Shown here: positions 52,075 through 63,156 of the stretch, piece after piece
How the letters are laid out: the number at the start of each line of letters is the position of its first letter
Position numbering within the stretch: the first letter of the stretch is position 1
NCBI GenBank assembly: GCA_030141605.1
Contig: JAQGDQ010000485.1
Span: forward strand, 62,001-126,000
Origin: Tubiluchus corallicola
Lineage: Eukaryota > Animalia > Priapulida
Reading direction: 5' to 3'
DNA length: 64,000 nucleotides
Notes under the pieces: model-generated
Seen by the model: only the letters and a program-made list of their open reading frames with translations
Told to the model about the DNA's origin: nothing
Database searches by the model: none
Translations under genes and position numbers: made by a program

Positions 52075-53851
52075 TGTTTGAAGCACTGCGTGTAAGAAAT
52101 TTAATTGGAGATGAAATGCTGTTAGTTTTGCCTTGTGAATAATGTGGCTTGTGGTGTACATATGATAGCATCTCTGGAGACTGCAGAGATAGGATCTCTG
52201 GAGACCCTATAACCAGGGCTGGATTACCCTAATTAGGCTATTATAGGCTACAACATAAGGCCCTCAAACTTGATGCGTCCTAAAATATTTTGAAATATAA
52301 CTTTTTTTTAAATATAATTTTTTGGAAAATGAGTATGATATTTTGACATTTTGCATTGCTGAATAATTCATTTAACTTTAAAAAAAGAAAACCTAAGAGT
52401 ACGAAAACCCAATTTTAAAAGGGGCCTCTGTTTGAGACCCTTTATTTAAGATAAAAGGCCTATGTTTCAGGCAGCTTATACAATGCATGGCAAAGAAATG
52501 TTCTAAGAAAATGTACACTGGCATATAACATGCTAGCTATTTGCTCACAGGGTACTGAAAAGTCATGATGTGGTTTTAGTAAAGCACACATCTATAGGTG
52601 AAAAACCTTACTCTTTCTGTCTGTACAGAAAAAGCGTTTCTTCAGAATAGTGTAAGTATTCTAACTCCTCCTCGGCTGGAGCTGCCCTCAAACTCTTTCG
52701 AACCCGTCTGAAATATATTTCACTTGTGATACAGTGTATATTTTAACAACATTTACATACAAGGAAGTAAAATTATTGCAAATTCTTTAAGCAAACTAAA
52801 ATAGGTTGTTTGTCAATAAAAATATTATTCAAGAAATACCAATATTTTACTATTTATTGCAAACCAAATTAGCACATTTTTTAACACAACCGTAGTGAAA
52901 AAAAAACAGATTTTACAGATGTTACCAGAACTTGATGAGCCCCAAGCCTAAGGCACCAGAAAACCCTTCATAAACATAAAGCTTAAAAATTCGTCTTGAA
53001 ATTTTATACCACTTACATACTGGCTTTTTACATACAGGACTTCAATCGGCAGTAACACTGTATAAGACGCAAATTTAAACTCCCGCGATTATCTTTAGAC
53101 GCAGCCATTTTGACGATAAGTCATTTGAATAAAGTTTAGATAACATTGTGTAAACTTTGAAAAAATAATCAAAGCATTCGTAGCACACACGTTGCTAACT
53201 GAGTAAAATTTTAAATTACTGTATCTTGTCAATAAGTTTAAAAATACGTTAAACTTATTTTTGCGGATCTGGGAAACCCGCGCACAGGTCCTGGTGGCAC
53301 CTCTTAGACAACAGAGAGGGCGCAAAGAAATACGCCGATCACTGCAAAGTCACAAATAATTGTATGGCTGATTGCCACTATGGATTTGAATAATTGTTAA
53401 TTTAATTTTTATTGTCGGTTTTTATCGGTGCATTGTTTCCGTAATTAAAACGGACTAGCAGTTATAAACAAAGAAAAGCAATGGTGGTTTTTAACTAGTG
53501 TTAAGCTGATATTAAAAATTGTAAGTGAATTTCTATTTCGTTCTTGAAAATTTTTTGTGAAAAAGTTTGTACTTCACAAAGCTTGCATGACAACGGAGAA
53601 GTTTCTAAGCCTAGTAGTACTGCAAAAATTATAATTAAAATTATGATTCTGCCTCTCAGCGGAATCTTTTTGATTTAACCGCGGTTTTTATTTATTATTA
53701 TTTGCGTCTGCAAACTCACAGGTTTAGGGCCAAACTCTTCTGATTCTATAACTTGCTTGCCACTTGCGAAGTCTGAGAGACCTAATCATAACACGGTTAC
53801 CGACATTTTTACCGAAATTGAGCTATATTTGATGCTTCAACAATTTCACTA

Positions 53852-54385
53852 TTAAGTGAATTCCAACACGAGATATGAAGAAGTGGGCTCTGATGTTAGT
53901 GCGAGAGTGGTGTAGAAATAATTTAGAGTTGTGCTCACTGATGTCTTTATACTGATGCATGCTGGTCTAGAAATAAATTTACCACTACATAAAATTGAAT
54001 TACCACTGATGTCTATAGCAGTAAGATCTATAGCATCACAGCATTGTTCAAGAGAAGATACAGAATCTGATTCAATATCAGAAGTTGAACTAATACACCG
54101 CCATTGAGTTCTTTCTAAAGCATCCCTTAGAGTAACATACTGAGGTGAGCCAAACAATGCATCATGCTCAAGTATTGTCCTAACTACAGCTTTGTACAGA
54201 GGGTTCACTCTCCATGTAGGGGGATTTATGTGTGATCTGTCACCCACTGTATCAAAGGTCATAGAGCCTGTAGGTTTCAGGTTATTTTTACAGTTTTCCA
54301 ATAGTTTTATAGCCTCCTGTAGTTTTTGAATTAAGGTTTTACACAGTTTTAGTACGTGGCTAGGCGGGGTTGAGTGCTTGTGCAT
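53852..54385 (-). other. Unassigned 177-aa ORF
   Basis: Long for this AT-rich background and protein-like in composition, but no family recognised. Confidence 0.3.
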
Positions 54386-55670
54386 GAATAAATGTGGGCT
54401 GAAATGCTTTGAATTGCATTTCTGCTTTGAGTTGATTTCTGTTGCTTTTACCTTCTATACATACACAAACACCTAAAATATGTCATCACCCTGTGAATAT
54501 ACTTGTATTTTTAATAAGGGGCAGCTGACCAAGTGACCAATAGGTCTTTCGCTGCTCCTTCTCAGCTGCAATGAAATGTAAAAGTAATTATGACGAATTT
54601 AACTGCTAAATTGAATTGGATTGAATTGTGGGCCATATGCATTTAGAAAATTTCCATCAGGAGCAGAGACAGAGATCACGGAAGTTGGCGACACCATTGT
54701 TCAGTGTTTCTAAAGTCAGGTAAAAATTATGCCCCAAATTGGCTGATTGCTGACCCCACTGTTGGAAGAAAACCGAAAGTAAGGTCAGGGAGACTTCCTT
54801 TCATTGTTAATTAACGATGGCTTGTAGTATACCAATTGAAAAGTCTCGGTGAGACAGACAGAATTGTATGAATTATGCCTAGATTGGCTGACCTCTGAGC
54901 CCATGACCTCCCTGGGGAAAAATGAAATTGGGGAGTGGGATTAATGTTTCCAAACTCAAACAACGGCAAATGAAAGGTCTCCACGAGAAGAAATGAATGG
55001 TATGAGCTAAGCTCAGACTGGCCAACCATTGACTAGGAGGGAAATAACTAATGAGACTTCACAGACTAAGTGATAATTTTTTGTGGTCGGGGATACAAAT
55101 GCTTCAGGTGGAACAGTGGGTTGTAGTACACCCATATCTCGGTTTGCCGGATAACTTGGGGGGACGTTTGTCCGAATTTGCCAATTGTTCGCATTACCGA
55201 TACTAAGCTAATAAAGTAGGTGCCATGTACGTATTAGGCTCACAGTAATGTAGAATCAATCACCAAATTGTCTCAGAAACGTTTCCTAGGCCGCTCCTAT
55301 GCAAAAGAATATATAAAAACTATCGGCAGTTGACTCAAATAACTCTGCATAATTGACTTTACATTTTTTCTGCACATGCCTAAATAAGATACTTTTGTGC
55401 GATCAATGAGCTTTTACTATATTTATTTTGTTTTACTTCTCTTTTTTGCACTATAGTACACGTAGAAACAATCATGTTAAGTACAGTTGTTACACACTGC
55501 TTGGTAACACTAATGTAACAATGTAAACAAAGTGGCGGGCCACCAACAAGCGGTCAGCTCGTGAAACATTAAATTGTGTCCGTAGTATGCTGGACTTTTT
55601 AACGGTCCAGATTTTGTCCGAATCTTCCAGTATCCGTAAAAGTGAGGTCCGGCAAACCGAGATATGAGTG

Positions 55671-55843
55671 TGTATCAAATGAAAGGTCTTGTTAAAGTGA
55701 ATTGAGTGGCATGAGTCACACTCACATTGGTTGACCCCCGACACCTTAGTCATGTGTCAAATGAAAGGCCTTGATAAGGTGAATTGAGTGGCATGAGTCA
55801 CACCCACATTGGTTGACCCTCGACACCCTAGTCATGTGTCAAA
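55671..55843. repeat. Tandem duplication, ~82-bp unit, ~2.1 copies
   Basis: TCAAATGAAAGG(T/C)CTTG...GTGAATTGAGTGGCATGAGTCACAC at 55675 and 55757. Confidence 0.85.
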
Positions 55844-56224
55844 AGTGAGAAGTTTCAATTTTAGTTTCTATGCAAGTTTTCAGTGAGGCAAATCAAATGA
55901 TGAACTTTGACCCACATCTGATTGACCCTTGCCCCCAGGTCACGGTCAAGAAGTGACAAGTTCTGATTTCATTGAAATTTGAAACTGTTAATATCAAGCT
56001 CAACAGTACTTAAGTACATATTATTTAATTATTCTGAAAAAAATTTCAATGTAAATACGAAACAAAAACTGTTACTTAAAACATCTCCCTGTCCCAGAAG
56101 CAGAATCTTACCAGAGTTTCTGTCACCATCAAAACTGTTCACTAGAGATTCATAAATTATTATGATGTTACATGATGTCGAACTATTACTTAGTCGTCGG
56201 ATTCACTGAACTCAAGATTATGGA

Positions 56225-56620
56225 TTAGAAATGACGTCAGTGCCGCCGTCTTGAATTTAAGAGGGCAAATCAGAAATCTGACTCTGTCAGTCGATGCAGT
56301 GTGCGTTTTAATTTATTTCTGTAAAATTTCATGATGGTGCATTGAGAATTGGCTGAGTCTTAGGCTTTTTGAAAATCACGCTATTGTCACCATCATGAAT
56401 TTAATAAGGCAAATCAAGAATTTGACTCCAACAGTCGATGCAGAATTCATTCTAGTATATTTATATGCTTCGTGCGAATTGGCAGAGCCTTAGCCTTTCT
56501 TCTAAAGTAATGTTGTCACAGCTATCTTGAATTCAGAATGACAATTCGAAAATCGGACTCCATCAGTCGATGCCAATTTTCCTCTAGCATATTTCTGCAA
56601 AGCTTCATGACAATCTTTTC
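56225..56620. repeat. Degenerate tandem repeat, 3 units
   Basis: Recurrent (C/A)T(C/T)GAATT...AAAT...GACTC..CAGTCGATGC at ~56250, ~56395 and ~56525. Confidence 0.6.
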
Positions 56621-56705
56621 CAAATGACGTTATTTTGTAATTACAATTATGTTACTAATTAATTATGAAATCTAAATTGAGAATGGGGGATCAAAAACCC
56701 AACTC

Positions 56706-57188
56706 CATGTTCCGTTCCAGGCCCACCCGCGATAAGTGAATTTCCGTGAGGTAGGCACACTATACTTATTTTAGTAGTTATACATTATTTTAAGTTTTCA
56801 TAAACCTTCCCCACACTCTTATGCATAACACTTTCCATCAGTCAACCAATCGTATATTGTGTACAATCTCACCTGGGCAAGTAGTGTCTCAAGCGGGCAC
56901 AAGTACTACATTTCGTTTTTGGTGTGTATTCATCCGCCGAATAAATACACTATTTACTGTAAATGGTAATTTTTCATGATTTATAATATTCTTTTAATGT
57001 TAGAATTAATATTTTTAATATATTTTTATACATTTTGTGATTTTTTATGCAAAATTCATCAAATCTATACTTTACTGTACAGTACGTACTACGCATGTGC
57101 AAAAATATTTTAGACGGAGTACCGCAAAAACCCGCGAAACAGCGAAAATACCGCGATAAACGAACCGCGAAGTAGCGAGGGAACACTG
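56706..57188. mobile_element. Tigger-like MITE, relative of 25695-26087 with the left end missing
   Basis: TGTTCCGTTCC.GGCCCACCCGC.ATAAGTGAATTTCCG ... GAGGGAACACTG|TA. Confidence 0.8.
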
Positions 57189-58498
57189 TACACTAATGCA
57201 GTCAGTTGATGTTTTGCAAAGCTTGCAATCTTTTTGACAAATACGATGATGATACTCTGTAGTGGGTTTCTGTGCCAATAATTACAGCCATTGCCTACCT
57301 TTGTGCCTGCTCTGCTTACCTAACCACCACGCGACAGCAACATTCCACATGCTCCTCTGCTTGACTGTCTATTATCTATCACTAACTTAGTGTCAGTAAA
57401 CAATAACCTGTTTAGGTTCAACACCTCTAACCATTATATCTATTTTTATGCTTGTTAGAACTGACAAAAATATACCTAAACCCTTTCTTGGTGTAGTGGC
57501 AAATGGTGTCAGCCACTTTTTGTTTTCACTGTAGTGACGTCTGTCGCATTTTTTTCAGATACTGTGTAGTATCTGATCTGTATGCAAAATTTCTCTCCAT
57601 GAATACAAGCTATTTTATGATTATAATTACACTCCTGCAAAAATGAGAATATAATCACCTCTCAAAAAACTAGAACTATAATATGTAAACCTACTCCCAT
57701 GACCTTCTTTCTCCAAACTGTTTTTAGCACTATCCTGTTCTCACTGACCTACCTTGCTTTTCCTTTTTCACATTTATTACATATTTTTTTCTCTCTAGTA
57801 CAAAGTACATATACTAACAAATGCCAGGTGCCACTTGCTGGTTGGCCGCTGCTTTGCGATATGCTTCAGTGAAACCTAAAGACATGTGCTCACACTTAGC
57901 ATAGCCTCTGTGGTTAACGCATTTCTAGGACCAATTTTTACGTTTGTTTTCATAAACAAGAAATCTGTTCAAATCTGTTCATAATTGTTCAAAGAGGAAA
58001 AAAGTTCTATTTGTAATGTTAAGAATGAGGACAATTGAAATGAACAATGTATTGTTAAACTAATTCATATTGAATAGAATGCTAGTCTAACTGTATTTCT
58101 ACTGGCTGTGCCACTTAAATTTAGGTCGTGAGCCGCTACTGTGTTACATGTTGCATCTGTAGGTTGAGTACTAGTGTTATTGAACCTAGGTAATAACGCA
58201 AACTTGAGCATTAATTTTAGTATTTTAATCACATAATCACTATATGTATATATAGTTACATTGACTTAAATTTAACCTTCAATTGTTTATGTGTGGAGCA
58301 TAGAATTGTCTTATGTGGAAGAAAAAATGCCACAATGAAAAACAAAAAACATCTATTGAGTCACATGTAAACATTGGTGACGAGGTGTTTAGAAATGTTT
58401 CGTTGTGTAGATACTACGTGTAGATAGCTGAACATTTCTCATGTAATTTTAGGTTATGACTGAAGGCTAAACATTTTAAGACAAGCAAACGATTCAAC

Positions 58499-59869
58499 AT
58501 GGATCCTTTAATCTACTTCAAATGCACGGCCTGTTCTGAATGTTTTATGTCAGAGGACATTTTCTTTTCGCACACTCGAACCTGGCACTGCAAGATTCTT
58601 GTCACTGAGGGTCACGATGCAGAGACTGTGCTTGATGTTAGCTTACATGCTTTTAGTGAAGATGACTCTGATATAGTTGACCTCAGTTCTTCTGGCATGT
58701 GTAACTCTACTGCGATGAATGACAGAAATGAATGTGCTACTCCAAAAGGCAATGCTGTTGATACTAGCTCACTTGCAAAGAAATATTTGGATGATAATGG
58801 TGTAAAGATTGAGCCAGTCTCTCAGTTAAACGATGGTATTACAACAGATGATGCGAGTGAAGAAGACCAAATCATGCGCATTGAAAATAGTGCAAGCATT
58901 GTAGCTCCATTTGATACTCGAGATGCAAGCATGAAGGATCCAGAAAGTGAAATCCTACCTCAGCCAGTAGATGAGACATTTGTCCAACAGGAACCGACTT
59001 TCAAGTTTATAGATGACAACGCTGGCATTGTAGCGCTGGCTGACGCTCATAGTACTAACAGAAAAGACCAGCAAAGCAGAAGCCCACCTCCGTTTACAAC
59101 AAAGGAAACACACATTAAACAGGAACCATCAGTCATGTGTGTAGGAGATAGTGCAGGCATTTTAGTTTCAGATGATGCTCATGACACTAATGTAGAACAT
59201 CAACAAAGTCCGAATCCATCTCAGCTTGCTGGTGGAAAGACGTGTATTCAACAGGAATCGTTCAAATTATCTGATGTGTCTGATTACACCTTGCTGGAAG
59301 CAAAGTGCTTGCCTCATAGAGGGAGGTGGACAGTGAGAAAAAGGACACATCTTGATAACTTGCCAGACATGTTTAAAAATCATATTACGAAAAAGAAAAA
59401 ATCCGAAAGAAAACAAGTGCCAACGCTCAAGCCTTTTGGAAAACAAAATACAAGAGAATTTGCATATCAGTGCGGGAAAGCATTTCAATCAGTTGCAGAA
59501 GTCGAAATGCATGACCGCTTTCACACTCATGCAAAACAGTACTCTTGCAATATCTGTAAAAAAGTCCTTTCTTCTAGAAGCAGTTTGAAGTCGCATTTTA
59601 GAAGTCATACAGGTGAAAGACCGTTTGTGTGTTCGTTTTGCAAGAAAGCTTTTCTACAGACCGACGCTCTGAGATCACATTTAAGAATTCACACGGGCGA
59701 AAGACCGTTCATTTGCTCTTTTTGCCAAAAGGGTTTCGCTCAGTCTAATAATCTGACGGCACATATTAGAATTCATACTGGCGAAAAACCGTTTGTGTGC
59801 CGTTTTTGCCAAAAGGGTTTTGCACAGTCTTCCAACTTGAGAAGTCACAATAAGACGTGCCGTAATTGA
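58499..59869 (+). CDS. C2H2 zinc-finger protein, array copy 7 (1 degenerate finger plus 4 fingers; internal 44-aa repeats)
   Basis: 456-aa ORF with the conserved N-terminal module; last finger ends HNKTC (C2HC); acceptor ATGTAATTTTAG ending at 58452. Confidence 0.93.
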   Translation: MDPLIYFKCTACSECFMSEDIFFSHTRTWHCKILVTEGHDAETVLDVSLHAFSEDDSDIVDLSSSGMCNSTAMNDRNECATPKGNAVDTSSLAKKYLDDNGVKIEPVSQLNDGITTDDASEEDQIMRIENSASIVAPFDTRDASMKDPESEILPQPVDETFVQQEPTFKFIDDNAGIVALADAHSTNRKDQQSRSPPPFTTKETHIKQEPSVMCVGDSAGILVSDDAHDTNVEHQQSPNPSQLAGGKTCIQQESFKLSDVSDYTLLEAKCLPHRGRWTVRKRTHLDNLPDMFKNHITKKKKSERKQVPTLKPFGKQNTREFAYQCGKAFQSVAEVEMHDRFHTHAKQYSCNICKKVLSSRSSLKSHFRSHTGERPFVCSFCKKAFLQTDALRSHLRIHTGERPFICSFCQKGFAQSNNLTAHIRIHTGEKPFVCRFCQKGFAQSSNLRSHNKTCRN

Positions 59870-62018
59870 AAGGAACAACTGTGAAGCCGCTATAGTATTT
59901 GCAATTGTTACTGTGTCGGTTCCCACGCAACATTTGTGACTCGATTTCTGCTCAGGAATGGGCGCAGTAATTATTGAAAACGTCAATGAAAAGGCTTGCT
60001 GCTTTCAAGCGCATGAAGTTGGTAAAGCTAAATGTTTGTCTTTAATAGTGACCCAAGAAGTAGCCTTGGAATTCGGTGTAATGGTCATCATGTGTGCTTG
60101 GCAACCGATATTGCACAATGCAGATCTTAGTCAGTAAATCGATGTGTGACTTCTGTGAAAACTGAATGGTTTCATCTACCAGATTGGCTCCGTATAAAGA
60201 TCCTTTTGGTGGAACCCGTATGTCGTATAGTCGTTCAAATGCAGCAGCGACTTCTGCTGGTTCAGCGTCACATCTTAGAGCTTTAGCATTGGAAATGAGC
60301 TCTTTCTGTTAATGGTTGATTAATAGATTAATTGATATTACAACCATGTATGAATCGACGATATACAGTAATTCAATTAATCGAGAGCAAAATATGCTAA
60401 AGGAACTAAAAGGAAGTATGCTGGCATAAATTAACCGAGTCCTTCTATTTTTTCTGTATTTTTCTCATCTTCCACAATGCAGACAATTGTGAACGACAGT
60501 GTTGCAAACGCTGGGCTCCAAATTTGCTGATGTGTGATGAGTGTAGTGATGTACTCATAGAGTTATTAATGAAAAAGCAGGTATGTGTTTATAAAAATAG
60601 TTTCCGAGTATGAAAAGTGGCAAGCTACGATGAAGACGTGAAGAAGTTGTAGGCTATATCTCACGGCAATCATCGAAAAATGTGGCTAAAACACTAAAAA
60701 TTATCGCAAAAGATTAATCGTGATATCGAATTACAAGATAAGAGTGTAGCCGAATTGCAAAATTTCAAAATCGCCCATGTTTAGCTCTTACTGAGCGATG
60801 GATAATGGATTCCCAGTTTTTGCTGAGTAGTTGCAGGTGTTGTAAAAGGTAAACGTAGAAACTTTACTCTTATGTTGCTCTTACTGAACTCATATCTCGG
60901 TTTGCTGCACCTCGCTTTTACTGATATCGGAAAAATTGGACAAAATCTGGACTGTCAAAAAGTACCGCATACTACGGACACACTCTCTTGTTTCGCAAGC
61001 TTATCACTAGTTGGCGGGCCTTCACTTTGTTTATATCATTACATCAGTGTAACCACGTGTATATCTCTGTGTATAAAAATATAGAGTCAATTATGCAGAG
61101 TTGTTTGTGTCAATTGCTGACAGTTTTTATATACTTTTGCATAGAGGCGGCCTGTAGAAGAAGTTTTGGAGACTATTAGGCATTTGATTCTACACTACCT
61201 AATGTAGTCTACATTACCTATGAGTCTGATACATGGGGCCTACTGCGTTAGCTTAGTATCGTTAAAATACGGACAATCAGCGAACTCGGACCGACGTCTC
61301 GCCGCTTTTGTCTGGCAAACCGAGATCTGAGGGTAGTTCATTTTAAACTTTTTTTGTGCTTCTTTAATTTGAGAATTCACTATGAGTGTTTTAAGTACAG
61401 TAGAAGTATGTTTGAATTTTCACTATTCAGTATATTGTAGTTTCAGATAAGATAGTCTTTATCGGCTACCAAAAAATAGAATGTGTTTTGAATTTTAAAT
61501 TTATTACGGGAATATTAACCCGCAAACTCTGAAGTACTGTATATTTCAAAAAAGGTTATAAAATAAATTTGTACATGTATCACTCCTACATGTTTAGAAA
61601 GGTCCAGGTTAGCAAGAAAGAAAACTAGTGATTTATTTAGCGCATCTGATAAGAAATTATCGTATAATATCATTACTGCATGCTCTCAGGCATCAGCTGC
61701 TCGTAAATAATTGTTCAGTTTTCATGCAAGATAACGTAATTTCTTATAATACTATGTTGAAATGTTTTCACGTCATAATTAGTACTGGGGTTTAAGTTTT
61801 GAAGTTTTATAGACCACAAAATTTCAAGGCAAAAAATTTACTGATCTTTTAAATGTTGAATATCGCACATAGTTTCAAATGCATTACAAGCAAACAGTTT
61901 TTTGTATTCACTTGCATTTTAGAATATCTGTAATATTTTAGCAATACAACAATGTCAATATGTTATAGGTTACGTATGTTTTGCTATTGTTATTTAAAAT
62001 TTCTTATATAATTTTTAG

Positions 62019-62257
62019 GCCTGTCTGCAGAGTAGACAATTGTTGATGGACTAAGAACTTAAGATGGAGCCAATAATCTGTGTCAAATCACAGGCCGTTC
62101 CGAATGTTTTATGCCAGTGAACATTTTTTGCATGCACCTGTACTTACTACTTAGCAATGTGTAGGATTCTGATTAATGTAGGTCAGAATGCATTTGACAA
62201 TTCTTGTGGATCCAACATTGTGAAGGTTAACGATACCATGCAGAGTGACCTGTATTA
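62019..62257 (+). pseudogene. ZNF array copy 8, pseudogene
   Basis: Acceptor ATAATTTTTAG, then ATGGAGCCAATAATC at 62064 and a frameshifted TTCCGAATGTTTTATG...GGTCAGAATGC; interrupted by a Kolobok-like MITE. Confidence 0.85.
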
Positions 62258-62261
62258 TTAA

Positions 62262-62810
62262 AGGAAGACCGGACGATTGTTTAGGCTCAATCTCATTTTA
62301 ATTTACTGTCTAAAATATACATTTTCTTGCCTATGAAAGTTAACAATTGTTCCTTATATTTGAATAATTAGCTTAGAAAGATAATTAATGGCAACTGAAC
62401 ACAGCTACTGCTTACGTCAGAAGCTAACCACAGTTTGTGCAATGACAGGCATTTTCCCTTGCGCGTCAAGCACATTTGCATCAGTGTTACAGTACTGTTT
62501 AAACGCGTGATGTCACAAAAAATGGGCTCTACGTCATATGACGTCAGAAACTAACACAGCAGTTCATGATCATGCCTATCACGGTACCGCCTTCTGTTTG
62601 TCGGCCACGCGCACGTGATAAAAAGGCGCCGCTGCCAATCGTAGTAGATTCACTGAGCCGAGCGTAGCTTTGAAAGTTTAACGAAATTTGAGTATCCGAG
62701 GTAATTATTATTTAATCTAAGCTTTGATTTAAAATAAGCTATTGTAGTTTTCAATATTTTAGAACATTCTTTATTCTGAATTCGTGTTTACACAATTATC
62801 TGCTTTTCCT
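62262..62810. mobile_element. Kolobok-like MITE inserted in ZNF pseudogene copy 8
   Basis: TTAA flanks; collinear with 50196-50728. Confidence 0.85.
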
Positions 62811-63156
62811 TTAACAACTGCTTCCCTGTTACACCAAAGGAGGATTTTGATAATTATAGTAAGTGGGCCAAGAGTATCTCATGTGAAATATATGGTGGTC
62901 GCTCTGTGTGTCTCCGTGATGAAAAATTAACCTTTCATGAAAGCTATTTGTAACAAAAAACTGTTGCCTATGGCAGATAATGAGTTTGCTGTCGATCATT
63001 TGTGTTTTTTCGACTGTAAAGTAAAATTAAAAAATAAAATAACAAATTTCTCCAAAAGTGAATCTCTTTCTTTTAATAGTTTAGATTATTGCACAAGAGA
63101 ATTTAGTAATGCCTACAACATTTCTTTGTCCGTCTGTCGTTCTGTCCATTCATAAG

